Both the position numbers and the translations under genes were made by a program. Shown piece by piece: positions 36,230-46,215 of a DNA stretch of 64,000 nucleotides. The stretch is from positions 13,689-77,688 of the forward strand of contig CAKPHO010000002.1 in the NCBI GenBank assembly GCA_934162195.1, in the 5' to 3' direction. The stretch's first letter is position 1. Each line of letters begins with the position of its first letter. Under the pieces are notes generated by a model, which saw nothing but the letters and a program-made list of their open reading frames with translations, was not told the origin of the DNA and ran no database searches. The DNA is from an uncultured Bacilli bacterium (GTDB lineage: Bacteria > Bacillota_I > Bacilli_A > RF39 > UBA660).

Positions 36230-37426
36230 ATGAATAGGGAAGATTTTCCAATTCTTAAAAAGAATATAATTTATTTTGATAATAGTGCTACAACGTTGAA
36301 ACCAAAAGTATTATGTGATGGTTTAAATGATTATTATATGAATTATAGTGCTAATGCACATAGGGGAGACTATGATATTAGTTTAAAAGTGGATAAGATG
36401 TATGAAGGCACTAGAGAAAAAATTAGAAAGTTTATTAATGCTAAATATGCTCGTGAAATAATATTTACAAGTGGAGCAACTGACTCTTTAAATAAAATAA
36501 TTTTTGGTTATTTCAGAAATTATTTACAAGAAGGCGATGAAGTTATTTTGAATCATGCTGAGCATGCATCTAATCTGTTACCTTGGTATGAATTAAAAGA
36601 AGAAAAAAATTTAACTATTAAATATATTGAATTAGACAGTAATTATGCTGTAACACTAGAAAATGTAAAAAAAGAAATTACGGAAAAAACAAAAGTAATT
36701 TCTATTGCGCAAATAACTAACGTTGTAGGTGACGTAAGAGATGTAAAAGAGATAATAAAATATGCGCATTCTAAAGGAATATTAGTTGTTGTTGATGGTG
36801 CTCAAAGTGTTCCACATTTAAAAGTTGATGTTCAAGATTTAGATTGTGATTTCTTAGTTTTTTCAGCTCATAAAATGTGTGGACCTACAGGGTTAGGAAT
36901 TATGTATGGTAAGGAAGAATATTTAAATAATACACATCCTATTATCTTTGGTGGAGGAATGAATGCTTCATTTGATGAGGATGGTGTCCGTGTTTATAAA
37001 GAGATTCCAGGTATTTTAGAAGCCGGTACACCAAATATAGCGGATGTTATCGCTTTTGGAAATGTTATTGATTATTTAAATAATATAGGGATAGAAAATA
37101 TTGAAAAATATGAGCAAGAGTTAAAGGATTATGCTATATCTAAATTAAAAAAGGTAAAAGATATTATTATTTATAATGAGAATACAAAGAGTGGTATTGT
37201 AACATTTAATATGAAAGATATTTTTGCTCAAGATTTAGCTATTTATTTAAATAAATATAATATTTGTGTTAGGGCAGGTAATCATTGTGCTAAAATATTA
37301 AAAAATGATTTAAAAATAAAAAATACATGTCGAGCTAGTTTCTATTTTTATAACACAAAGGAAGAAATAGACAAACTAGTAGAAGTTCTTAGCAATCCTA
37401 ATATAAAAAATGAACTTATATACTAG
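36230..37426 (+). CDS. sufS: cysteine desulfurase, SufS family
   Basis: NSATT, the SAHKMCGPTG PLP-lysine motif and the RAGNHCA catalytic Cys loop. Confidence 0.9.
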   Translation: MNREDFPILKKNIIYFDNSATTLKPKVLCDGLNDYYMNYSANAHRGDYDISLKVDKMYEGTREKIRKFINAKYAREIIFTSGATDSLNKIIFGYFRNYLQEGDEVILNHAEHASNLLPWYELKEEKNLTIKYIELDSNYAVTLENVKKEITEKTKVISIAQITNVVGDVRDVKEIIKYAHSKGILVVVDGAQSVPHLKVDVQDLDCDFLVFSAHKMCGPTGLGIMYGKEEYLNNTHPIIFGGGMNASFDEDGVRVYKEIPGILEAGTPNIADVIAFGNVIDYLNNIGIENIEKYEQELKDYAISKLKKVKDIIIYNENTKSGIVTFNMKDIFAQDLAIYLNKYNICVRAGNHCAKILKNDLKIKNTCRASFYFYNTKEEIDKLVEVLSNPNIKNELIY

Positions 37427-37616
37427 TATTATATTTTACAAATTATAATATATATTTTAGATGTATAATGAAAAATTTAATCCAAATGGTTATTTTTTAA
37501 AATCTGTATGACTGAATATCTAAATTTTTAAGTTTATAAAATTTAATAAAAAGATGACAATTCATCTTTTTTTTGATATAATGTTTAAGTCTTAAAACGA
37601 AATGAAAGGAGAATTT

Positions 37617-39266
37617 ATGAGTAAAATAAAAATATTTAGTTTAGGCGGATTAAATGAAATAGGTAAAAACATGTATGTTGTAGAAGTTAATGATGATATT
37701 TTTGTTTTTGATGCAGGATTAAAATATGCGGATGATAATATGTTAGGTGTTGACTATATTATTCCTAACTATGATTATTTAATTGAAAACAAAAATCGTA
37801 TTAAGGGGTTGTTTATAACTCATGGACATGATCAACAATTAGGGGCTATATCAGACATATTGCTTGATATTCCTGATTTAAAAATATATGGTACAACATT
37901 TACTTTAGAAATATTAAAAGAACAATTAAAAGAAGATAATATTAGTACGGACAATTTATTTGAAATAAAAGCTCATAAAAAAATTTATTTTGGTGAAAAT
38001 AGCATTTTTCCAATTAGTTTAACTCATGCTGTACCAGATGCTGTAGGATATGTTTTGTATACTGTTGATGGAGCTATTTTTTATACTGGAAACTTTGTAT
38101 TCGATCCTAGTATGCAAGGGGCTTATAAAACAGATGTAGGAAAGCTTGCTTATGTTGGAAAACAAGGTGTACTTTGTTTATTAAGTGAATCATTATATGC
38201 GGATAAAAAAGGCTTTACTTCACCAAATCATCGTACCTCAAGTATAATTCGTGAGGCTTTATTTAAAAATAATAATTCAAGGATATTATTTAATACTTTC
38301 CAAGCTCAGTTATATCGTATTCAAGAATTATTTACAGAGGTTATGAAAACTAATCGTAAAGTAATTATTATGGGCAAAAGATTAGAATCTTTACTTGTAA
38401 AAGCAATTGATAATGGATATATCAATTTTGATAAATCAAGAATAGCTAGTTTAAAAGAAATTAATGATAAAAATGTAGTTATAATTATTTCTGATGAAAG
38501 AGAAAAACCATATTCTAATATTAAGCGTATTATTAGAGGTTATGATAAATTTATTAAAATAAGTGAAGAGGATACTATTATTTTTGCATCTCCTGTTTAT
38601 GATGGGATGGAAAAAAGTTCAACTAAAGTATTAGATGATTTAGCATCATTAGGAGTTAATATTGTAACTATCCCAACTAAGAAGTTTTTATCACTCCATG
38701 CATCTAGTGAAGATTTAATGTTAATGTTGGATTTGATGAAACCAAAATATTACTTTCCAGTAATTGGGGAATATCGACATCAAGTTGCAAACAAAGAAGT
38801 TGCAGAACAAATTGGTATGAGTGCTGAAAATGTAATTTTAAATTTGAATGGTGATGTGGCAACTTTTATAGATGGTAAATTAGTAGAAACTGGGGAAAAA
38901 GTAAAAGTTGATGATATTTTAATTGACGGTAAAACACCAGGTGATATTGGAGAGTTAGTATTAAAGGACCGTGAACTTTTAAGTGATAATGGTATTGTTA
39001 TTGTAACTGCTACTTTAGATAAAATAACTAAACAGATTTTAGCTGGGCCTGAAATATTAACACGCGGTTTCATTTACGTTAAGGAAAACATAGATTTAAT
39101 AAAAGAGGCTCAAAACATATCTCGTGATATCATTGAAAATAATATTAAACCACATTATGTTGATTTTAATAAAATCAAAATGGAAGTTAGAGACAAAGTA
39201 GGAAAATACTTCTATGAAGAAACAGAATGTAAACCTATGATTTTAATCGTTATACAAGAAGTTTAA
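37617..39266 (+). CDS. ribonuclease J family protein with degenerate metallo-beta-lactamase motif II
   Basis: RNase J architecture: IFSLGGLNEIGKNMY, a beta-CASP region and a C-terminal domain. Motif II reads THGHDQQLG instead of the canonical HGHEDH. Confidence 0.8.
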   Translation: MSKIKIFSLGGLNEIGKNMYVVEVNDDIFVFDAGLKYADDNMLGVDYIIPNYDYLIENKNRIKGLFITHGHDQQLGAISDILLDIPDLKIYGTTFTLEILKEQLKEDNISTDNLFEIKAHKKIYFGENSIFPISLTHAVPDAVGYVLYTVDGAIFYTGNFVFDPSMQGAYKTDVGKLAYVGKQGVLCLLSESLYADKKGFTSPNHRTSSIIREALFKNNNSRILFNTFQAQLYRIQELFTEVMKTNRKVIIMGKRLESLLVKAIDNGYINFDKSRIASLKEINDKNVVIIISDEREKPYSNIKRIIRGYDKFIKISEEDTIIFASPVYDGMEKSSTKVLDDLASLGVNIVTIPTKKFLSLHASSEDLMLMLDLMKPKYYFPVIGEYRHQVANKEVAEQIGMSAENVILNLNGDVATFIDGKLVETGEKVKVDDILIDGKTPGDIGELVLKDRELLSDNGIVIVTATLDKITKQILAGPEILTRGFIYVKENIDLIKEAQNISRDIIENNIKPHYVDFNKIKMEVRDKVGKYFYEETECKPMILIVIQEV

Positions 39267-39316
39267 TCTTCTTGTATTTTTTTTTATTTAAAGATATAAT
39301 AAATATAGGTGATAGA

Positions 39317-40270
39317 ATGAAACGAGGATTTACTTTAATAGAATTGATGGCTGTTATTGTTGTTCTAGGTATATTAGCAACAATATCAATAATATCTGTA
39401 GATAAGATAATTAAAGAAAATAAAGAAGAAACATATAAGGCACAAATTGCAACAATAGAAGATGCTGCCCGTACCTGGGGAGTAAAGCATATAAAAGAAC
39501 TTCCTGATAGTAATGGTGCTATATCTGTACCACTTCTTTATTTTAAAAATGAAGGAATAATACCACAAGATTTTAAAAATCCCAAAACAAATAAACCATT
39601 TAATGATGATTTATATGTAAATATTAGTTATGAAGGCGGTATATATAAATATGAAGTTGATGAAGCAAGTGGTCTTGGAACAAATGCTAATCCAACATTA
39701 TTAAAAAGAAGATATAGTTTATGTAAATTAGTAAATGGAACAAAGGAAACGGTAGGAGCAAAATATACATGTCATTTAGATAGTGATAGAACATTCTATG
39801 TATTAGAAACAAGTAAAGATAATGTATCACTAATTATGGATAGAAACTTCACAGATGCTATTGTACCTTCCAAATTAGCGTGGTGTATAGATGGTGGAAG
39901 TGATGGTTCAACATGTAAGAGTATAAATTCGAAAGAATATGGAACACCATTAAAACATATTCAAGATATATTTGGAACGGAGGTAGAAGTAAGTATTCCA
40001 AGTCCTAATCAAATAGCTGCTGCATCTGGAAAGACATTTTCTAGTGGAGACTTAATTTCTGGCTTATCATCTTGGTTATATGATTATTTAGATGGTACAA
40101 CTCACCCAGTATCTGGAGTATTAGGCTATTGGATATCAACAACTATAGATTCTAATTCTTCAAGTGCTTATATTACCATATACACTGGAAATATGTATGG
40201 AAGCAATGTTAACTCTAGCGATGGAGGCCTTCGCCCAGTTATTACAGTTGCAAAATCACAATTACAATAA
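39317..40270 (+). CDS. modular type IV pilin-like protein C (pilin module plus DUF1566/lectin-like C-terminal domain)
   Basis: MKRG/FTLIELMAV prepilin motif. The C-terminus has PSPNQIAAASG, GYWISTT and GGLRPVITV. Codon usage is AT-rich throughout, and the uORF leader is absent. Confidence 0.85.
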   Translation: MKRGFTLIELMAVIVVLGILATISIISVDKIIKENKEETYKAQIATIEDAARTWGVKHIKELPDSNGAISVPLLYFKNEGIIPQDFKNPKTNKPFNDDLYVNISYEGGIYKYEVDEASGLGTNANPTLLKRRYSLCKLVNGTKETVGAKYTCHLDSDRTFYVLETSKDNVSLIMDRNFTDAIVPSKLAWCIDGGSDGSTCKSINSKEYGTPLKHIQDIFGTEVEVSIPSPNQIAAASGKTFSSGDLISGLSSWLYDYLDGTTHPVSGVLGYWISTTIDSNSSSAYITIYTGNMYGSNVNSSDGGLRPVITVAKSQLQ

Positions 40271-40295
40271 AAAGGTATCTTAAATACCTTTTTTT
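40271..40295 (+). terminator. intrinsic terminator
   Basis: AAAGGTAT-CTTA-AATACCTTT followed by a T-run. Confidence 0.7.
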
Positions 40296-40322
40296 GTGAT
40301 AAAATTAAGAAGGAGGGATAAT

Positions 40323-41048
40323 ATGATTTATACATCGACAGATAATAAAAAAATTAAAGAATTAAAAAAATTAAATATTAAAAAATATCGTGATCAAAGT
40401 AATTTATTTTTAGTAGAGGGAGAACATCTTGTTTTAGAAGCTTATAAAAAAGGATTGTTAGAAGAACTTTTTTTAGAAGAAAATGCTGTATTAGATTTAG
40501 ATGTAAAGACATCATATTTATCTCGTAATGTAATTAAATTTATAAGTGAATTAGATAATCCAAGTAATATAATAGGATTGTGTAAAAAAGTAGAAAAAAA
40601 AGAAATTGGAAATAAAATATTAGTTTTAGATAATATACAAGACCCCGGCAACTTTGGAACAATTATTAGAAGTGCGGTTGCGTTTAACATTGATACTATT
40701 ATTGTTAGTAATAATACGGTTGATCTTTATAATTCCAAAGTTATTAGGGCAAGTCAGGGAATGCTTTTTAATATAAACGTAATAAAAAAAGATTTAGCTG
40801 TTTTTATACCAGAATTAAAAAATAATGGTTATCAAATATATGCAACAAAGGTAAATGGTGGTAAAAGTTTAAAAACTATTGAAAAGATGGAAAAATTTGC
40901 TATAATAATGGGTAATGAAGGCGCAGGGGTTAGTGATAATTTAATAGATTTAGCAGATGAGTATTTATATATTGATATGAATACTAATTGTGAAAGTCTA
41001 AATGTTGCTGTTGCAACAAGTATTATTTTATATGAATTAGATAAGTAG
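40323..41048 (+). CDS. SpoU/TrmH family RNA 2-prime-O-methyltransferase
   Basis: DNIQDPGNFGTIIRSA, IMGNEGAGVS and SLNVAVATSIILYE motifs. Confidence 0.85.
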   Translation: MIYTSTDNKKIKELKKLNIKKYRDQSNLFLVEGEHLVLEAYKKGLLEELFLEENAVLDLDVKTSYLSRNVIKFISELDNPSNIIGLCKKVEKKEIGNKILVLDNIQDPGNFGTIIRSAVAFNIDTIIVSNNTVDLYNSKVIRASQGMLFNINVIKKDLAVFIPELKNNGYQIYATKVNGGKSLKTIEKMEKFAIIMGNEGAGVSDNLIDLADEYLYIDMNTNCESLNVAVATSIILYELDK

Positions 41049-41055
41049 GTGGATT

Positions 41056-41550
41056 ATGAAAGAAGTATATATTGGTAGAATAGTAAATACTCATGGAATA
41101 AAAGGAGAATTAAGAATTATATCTGATTTTCAATATAAAGAAGAGGTATTTAAACCAAATTTTATACTTTATGTAGGAAAAAAAAGAGAACCTCTTACTA
41201 TAGTTTCTTGTCGAAAACATAAAAATTATGATATGGTACAATTTGCTGATATTAATGATATAAATGAAGCCTTACCATATAAAGGTGAAGAGGTTTATAT
41301 AAATAGGGATGATCTTAATATTGATGGATATGTTAATGAAGATCTTATTGGATTAGAAGTTTACAGTAATGATAAATATGTGGGGGTACTTATCAATATA
41401 ATCAATAATGGAGCTCATGAAATATTAGTTATAGATAAAAATGGAGTTAATAATTTAGTTCCTTTTGTAGATGAATTCATAAATAAAATAGATATTAATA
41501 ATAAAAAAATATATATTAATGAAATAGAGGGATTAATAAATGAAGATTGA
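41056..41550 (+). CDS. rimM: ribosome maturation factor RimM
   Basis: IGRIVNTHGIKGELRI, followed by a PRC barrel. The rimM-trmD order is conserved. Confidence 0.9.
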   Translation: MKEVYIGRIVNTHGIKGELRIISDFQYKEEVFKPNFILYVGKKREPLTIVSCRKHKNYDMVQFADINDINEALPYKGEEVYINRDDLNIDGYVNEDLIGLEVYSNDKYVGVLINIINNGAHEILVIDKNGVNNLVPFVDEFINKIDINNKKIYINEIEGLINED

Positions 41551-42208
41551 TATTTTAACACTATTTCCAAATATGTTTACAGGTTTTTTAACTGAATCAA
41601 TTATTAAAAGAGCAATAGAAAATAATAAAGTAGAAATAAATATACATGATATTAGAAATTATTCTAAAGATCCACACAAAAAAGTAGATGATTATGGGTT
41701 TGGCGGGGGAGATGGAATGGTTCTTATGCCTCAACCTATATTTGATGCAGTAAACAGTTTAAAAAATGAGGATTCACATGTTATTTTGCTTACACCTCAA
41801 GGTACTCCATATCATCAAAGTAAAGCGCACCAACTATTAAATTATAAGCATATAATTATGGTATGTGGACATTATGAAGGTTTTGATGAAAGAATTAGAA
41901 CTTTAGCAGATGAAGAAATAAGTATTGGAGATTTTGTCCTTACCGGTGGAGAACTACCAAGTATGGTTATAAGTGATAGTATAATTAGACTTTTGAATGG
42001 TGTTATAAAAGAAGGATCACATCAAAATGATTCTTTTGAAAATGGATTACTTGATTATCCTGTTTATACTCATCCTGTAGATTACGAGGGAATGAAAGTC
42101 CCCGAAGTATTATTATCTGGACATCATGAAAACATTAGAAAATGGCGTTATGAGGAACAGATAAAAAGAACAAAAGAAAGAAGACCAGAATTATTAGAAA
42201 AGAGTTGA
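41540..42208 (+). CDS. trmD: tRNA (guanine37-N1)-methyltransferase
   Basis: MKIDILTLFP, GGGDGMVL, CGHYEGFDER, SIGDFVLTGGE and GHHENIRKWR. Confidence 0.95.
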   Translation: MKIDILTLFPNMFTGFLTESIIKRAIENNKVEINIHDIRNYSKDPHKKVDDYGFGGGDGMVLMPQPIFDAVNSLKNEDSHVILLTPQGTPYHQSKAHQLLNYKHIIMVCGHYEGFDERIRTLADEEISIGDFVLTGGELPSMVISDSIIRLLNGVIKEGSHQNDSFENGLLDYPVYTHPVDYEGMKVPEVLLSGHHENIRKWRYEEQIKRTKERRPELLEKS

Positions 42209-42212
42209 TATT

Positions 42213-42671
42213 ATGGTACAAGGGAGAACTTATAAATTACATAAAACTAGTGATAATAAAAACTTATTAGATTTAAAAGATGGAAAAATAGATGGTTTTA
42301 GATTTGCTCCAAAATATACCAATGAGTATATGGGAATGGAAGTAAATAAAATGGTAGTTATAAATCCTAGCCTTATTGAAAAAGTTTTAAAGAAAAAAAT
42401 AAAAAGAAAACTAGATTTATATTTACAATTTATTGTTAGTGTAATTGATGATGAAGATACTGATCCATCTAACCTAAGATATGTTTTAGATGATTTAGAA
42501 AGATATCGACGTACAATTATCAATAAATATCAACATTATTTAGATGAAAAATATATAAATCTTCTTCTTAAGAAAATTGAGGTTTTAAATAATGAATTAA
42601 AAACAAAATTAATATATATGAGAAAGTCTATTGAAAAAGAAGAAGAAAAAGAAAATAATAGAACCCGTTAG
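42213..42671 (+). CDS. hypothetical protein (152 aa)
   Basis: Coding-like ORF directly after trmD. No family was recognised. Confidence 0.35.
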   Translation: MVQGRTYKLHKTSDNKNLLDLKDGKIDGFRFAPKYTNEYMGMEVNKMVVINPSLIEKVLKKKIKRKLDLYLQFIVSVIDDEDTDPSNLRYVLDDLERYRRTIINKYQHYLDEKYINLLLKKIEVLNNELKTKLIYMRKSIEKEEEKENNRTR

Positions 42672-42803
42672 ATTTTTCTTGGGTTGTTACACTCTTAAAC
42701 ATTTTTATAAAAATCATGAAATTTAAAAATTTTATGATTTTTTTTTAAAATAAAAAGGATATATGATAATTTTGTGGAATATTAGAAGTGAAAGGAGGAA
42801 AAA

Positions 42804-43475
42804 ATGAAAAGTATTTTAAATTTCATCAAAAAATATAAATATTTAATATTAAGTGGATTTATTATTTTAATTATGTTAGTAGGGGGTATGATGATATATA
42901 TTTTTAAAGAATCTGAATCAAAAGAAATAGTTAATGAAGATAGTATTAATGTAATAGAAGAAGTACATGCCATAGAAGAAGATGATGATGTAAAAGAAGA
43001 AACTATTACAATTGATATTAAAGGTGAAGTAAATAAACCTGGAGTATATGTTTTACCAATGGGTTCTAGGGTAATAGATGCTATAAAAATAAGTGGTGGA
43101 ACAACAAATAAAGCAGATACTTCAATGTTAAACTTAAGTAAGGTTCTTGCTGATGAAAATGTTATTATTGTTTATAATAAATATAACCAACAATCTATTA
43201 AATATGTAGAAAAAGAATGTAATTGTGATGCTTGTATTAATAACAGTAATGTTTCTTCTAATAGCAGTAAAGGTAGTACAAACAAAAAAATTTCTATTAA
43301 TAAGGCTACTAAAGAAGAACTTATGAATTTAAGTGGTATTGGGGAAAGTAGAGCTATCGATATTATTAATTATCGTAATGAAAATGGTTCGTTTAAGAGT
43401 GTTGAAGATTTAAAAAAAGTAAGCGGTATTGGAGATAAACTATTTGAAAAAATCAAAAATCAAATTATTATTTAG
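42804..43475 (+). CDS. comEA: competence protein ComEA (DNA receptor)
   Basis: N-terminal TM, SLBB-like region (VNKPGVYVLPMGSRVIDAI) and a C-terminal helix-hairpin-helix pair (INKATKEELMNLSGIGESRA...LKKVSGIGDKLFEKI). Confidence 0.9.
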   Translation: MKSILNFIKKYKYLILSGFIILIMLVGGMMIYIFKESESKEIVNEDSINVIEEVHAIEEDDDVKEETITIDIKGEVNKPGVYVLPMGSRVIDAIKISGGTTNKADTSMLNLSKVLADENVIIVYNKYNQQSIKYVEKECNCDACINNSNVSSNSSKGSTNKKISINKATKEELMNLSGIGESRAIDIINYRNENGSFKSVEDLKKVSGIGDKLFEKIKNQIII

Positions 43476-45450
43476 TTTTTTAATTATTTGTTGCTTTATT
43501 TATTGTTACTGGTACTTAAATAGTTATCACAAATCAAAGTATGATATTAAAGAAAGTGAATTTATTATTAAGGTTACAAAAATTAATTATAAAGATGATA
43601 GGATAGTAATTGAAGGAAAAGGAAAAGAAAAGTTGCTTATTAATTATAAAGGCGATTTTAAATATGAATTAGGTGATAAAATAATAGTTCATGGAGTATT
43701 AAATGAACCATCAGTAAATACTAACTTTAATTTATTTAACTATAAAGAATATTTATTAAGTAAGAAAATATATTATATTTTAAATGCTGAAGAAGTGAAA
43801 CTTTTGGAAAAGAACAAAAATATTTTTTATAAAATAAAAAATAAGATAATAAATAAATTAAATGGAAATATTTATTTAAATGGTTTTATATTAGGTGATA
43901 ACAGTTATATAGATGAAGAAGTAAAAAAGTCGTATCAACTAAATGGTATTAGTCATTTGTTTTCAGTATCGGGTATGCATGTAGGTTTTATTGTTTTTAT
44001 ATTAACAGCTATTTTTAAGAAGTTTAAATGGTATGAAATTTTTCTTATTTTAGGATTATTATTTTACTCTTTCTTAACTAATTTTTTACCATCGATTATG
44101 AGATCAGTGATATTTTTCTGCTTATGTTTAATTAAAAAAAAGAGAAAATGGGAAATTAGTACATTTTATTTGTTTTTGATTATGACCGTATTCTTTCTTT
44201 TTTATAATCCATTTTATATTTATAATATAGGATTTGTTTATAGTTTTGTAATATCAGGTTCTTTAATATATTTTAGTGATAAGTTAAAAGAAAAAAACTA
44301 TTTTAAAAGTTTATTTAAAATATCTCTTTTTTCTTTTTTATTTAGTTTTCCAATAACAATGTATAATAACTTTTCTATTAATCTTTTAAGCCCTATATTA
44401 AATTTATTTTTTGTTCCCTTTGTATCCTTAATTATATTTCCATTATCATTTATTATTTTCTTTTTATCTTTACTAAATACATTATTTTTGTTTTTAATAA
44501 ATATTTTAGAACAAATAAGTTTATTTTGTTCTAAAATTACTGTATTTAATTTAACATTTGCCAAACCATCTATTTTATTTTTACTAGTTTATTATATAAT
44601 TATTGTTTTTTCTATTAAAAATAAAAAAGGTTTTATCGTTTTATTTATATTTGCAGTTATTCATTATAACATTCATTTTTTTAAAGTATCACCAGCAGTA
44701 ACAATGTTAGATGTTGGACAAGGTGATTCATTGTTATTAGAATTGCCTTTTAATAAGGGAAATATGTTGATAGATACAGGAGGAAAGTTATTTAATGAAT
44801 CTAATAACATTAGTAACAATGTAATTATTCCATATTTAAAATCAATAGGTATAAACAAGATAGATTATTTAATAACTACACATGGTGATTATGATCATAT
44901 GGGGGAAAGCATTAATTTGATAGGAAATTTTAAAATAGATAAAGTTATATTTAATTGTGGTAATTATAATGATCTAGAAAACAAATTAATTAGTATTTTA
45001 GATGATAAAAAAATGAAATATTATTCATGCATTAAAGAATTGGATTTAAATAAATATAAACTGAAATTTTTAAATACAAGAGAATACGATAACGAAAATG
45101 ATAATTCTAATGTCATTTATATTGAATTAAATGGTTATAAATTTTTATTTATGGGTGATGCAGGAATTTACAAAGAAAAAGATATATTAGAAAAATACAA
45201 TTTGACTAACATTGATTTTTTTAAAGTAGGACATCACGGTTCTAATACATCATCGAGTGAGGATTTTATAAATAGAATAAATCCTAAATATTCATTAATT
45301 AGTGTAGGTAAAAACAATAGATATGGTCATCCAAAAGAAACAGTCTTGAGCATTTTGCATAATTCTAAAATTTATAGGACTGATTTAGACGGAAGTATTA
45401 AAATAAAACTAAACAATAATGGGTATGAGATAAAAACTTGTGATTCATAG
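43429..45450 (+). CDS. comEC: DNA internalization competence protein ComEC/Rec2
   Basis: Competence domain (GISHLFSVSGMHVG), a polytopic membrane region and a C-terminal MBL domain (VGQGDS, THGDYDHMG, VGHHGS). The start is uncertain: TTG 43429 or TTG 43444 after GGAGA. Confidence 0.85.
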   Translation: MEINYLKKSKIKLLFSFLIICCFIYCYWYLNSYHKSKYDIKESEFIIKVTKINYKDDRIVIEGKGKEKLLINYKGDFKYELGDKIIVHGVLNEPSVNTNFNLFNYKEYLLSKKIYYILNAEEVKLLEKNKNIFYKIKNKIINKLNGNIYLNGFILGDNSYIDEEVKKSYQLNGISHLFSVSGMHVGFIVFILTAIFKKFKWYEIFLILGLLFYSFLTNFLPSIMRSVIFFCLCLIKKKRKWEISTFYLFLIMTVFFLFYNPFYIYNIGFVYSFVISGSLIYFSDKLKEKNYFKSLFKISLFSFLFSFPITMYNNFSINLLSPILNLFFVPFVSLIIFPLSFIIFFLSLLNTLFLFLINILEQISLFCSKITVFNLTFAKPSILFLLVYYIIIVFSIKNKKGFIVLFIFAVIHYNIHFFKVSPAVTMLDVGQGDSLLLELPFNKGNMLIDTGGKLFNESNNISNNVIIPYLKSIGINKIDYLITTHGDYDHMGESINLIGNFKIDKVIFNCGNYNDLENKLISILDDKKMKYYSCIKELDLNKYKLKFLNTREYDNENDNSNVIYIELNGYKFLFMGDAGIYKEKDILEKYNLTNIDFFKVGHHGSNTSSSEDFINRINPKYSLISVGKNNRYGHPKETVLSILHNSKIYRTDLDGSIKIKLNNNGYEIKTCDS

Positions 45451-45461
45451 GAAGGAGAGAG

Positions 45462-46185
45462 ATGATGAATTATTACAATGAAATAAAAAATAGAATAATA
45501 GATAATGAGGTATATTGTAAGGTTAAGGATAATTCAAAAGAAAGAAATACTGTTATTACTTATTTTGAAATTGGTAGATTGTTAAATGAGGCAGGTGGAA
45601 AGTATGGTGATAATGTTATTGATAAGTATTCTGAAAAATTAATTATAGAGGTTGGTACAAAATACAATAGAAGAACCTTATTTAGGATGAAACAATTTTT
45701 TCTTTTGTTTAATGATCAAAAAGTGTCGCCACTGGCGACACAATTAACATGGAGCCATTATTCTGAACTGTTATCCATAAAAAATAGAAATAAATTAATA
45801 TATTATATAAATCTTACTATAGAAAATAATCTTTCAAAAAGGCAATTAAGAGAAAAAATCAAAAATAATGAATATGAAAGATTGCCGTTGGAAACGAAAA
45901 GTAAGCTAATTAATAGCGAAAAAATTGAAATTAGCGACTTGGTTCCTAATCCTATATTAATCCAAAATAAAAGCGGTATAGAAATTGTTACAGAAAAAGT
46001 ATTGCATAGTTTAATATTAGAGAATATAGAAGAATTTATGAAAGAACTTGGTAATTCATTCAGCTTCATAGGTAGTGAATATAAGATTAAAAACGGGAAT
46101 ATTAATATGTAAAAAAGAAAATAGATTTGTAATAGAATATTGTTCAGATGAACGAATTACAGTAAGAGAATACGAATTTGTATGA
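45462..46185 (+). pseudogene. YhcG/DUF1016-like nuclease paralog with internal deletion and frameshift
   Basis: Colinear with 12306-13196 up to SEYKIK, then a stop at 46110-46112. The C-terminal tail KKENRFVIEYCSDERITVREYEFV continues in another frame to 46185. The ~65-aa PD-(D/E)XK core (D...ELK) is missing. Confidence 0.7.
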
Positions 46186-46215
46186 TATAATTGATACATA
46201 ATAGGAGATGAAATT

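Noticed and set aside
39317-40270. Pilin C C-terminus as the DGR template (TR) for the pilin B variable-like segment.
   Set aside because: A codon-by-codon comparison of the last ~16 codons shows differences at non-adenine positions (for example TTC versus GTT, CTT versus GGA). The relationship is ordinary paralogy, not TR-VR.
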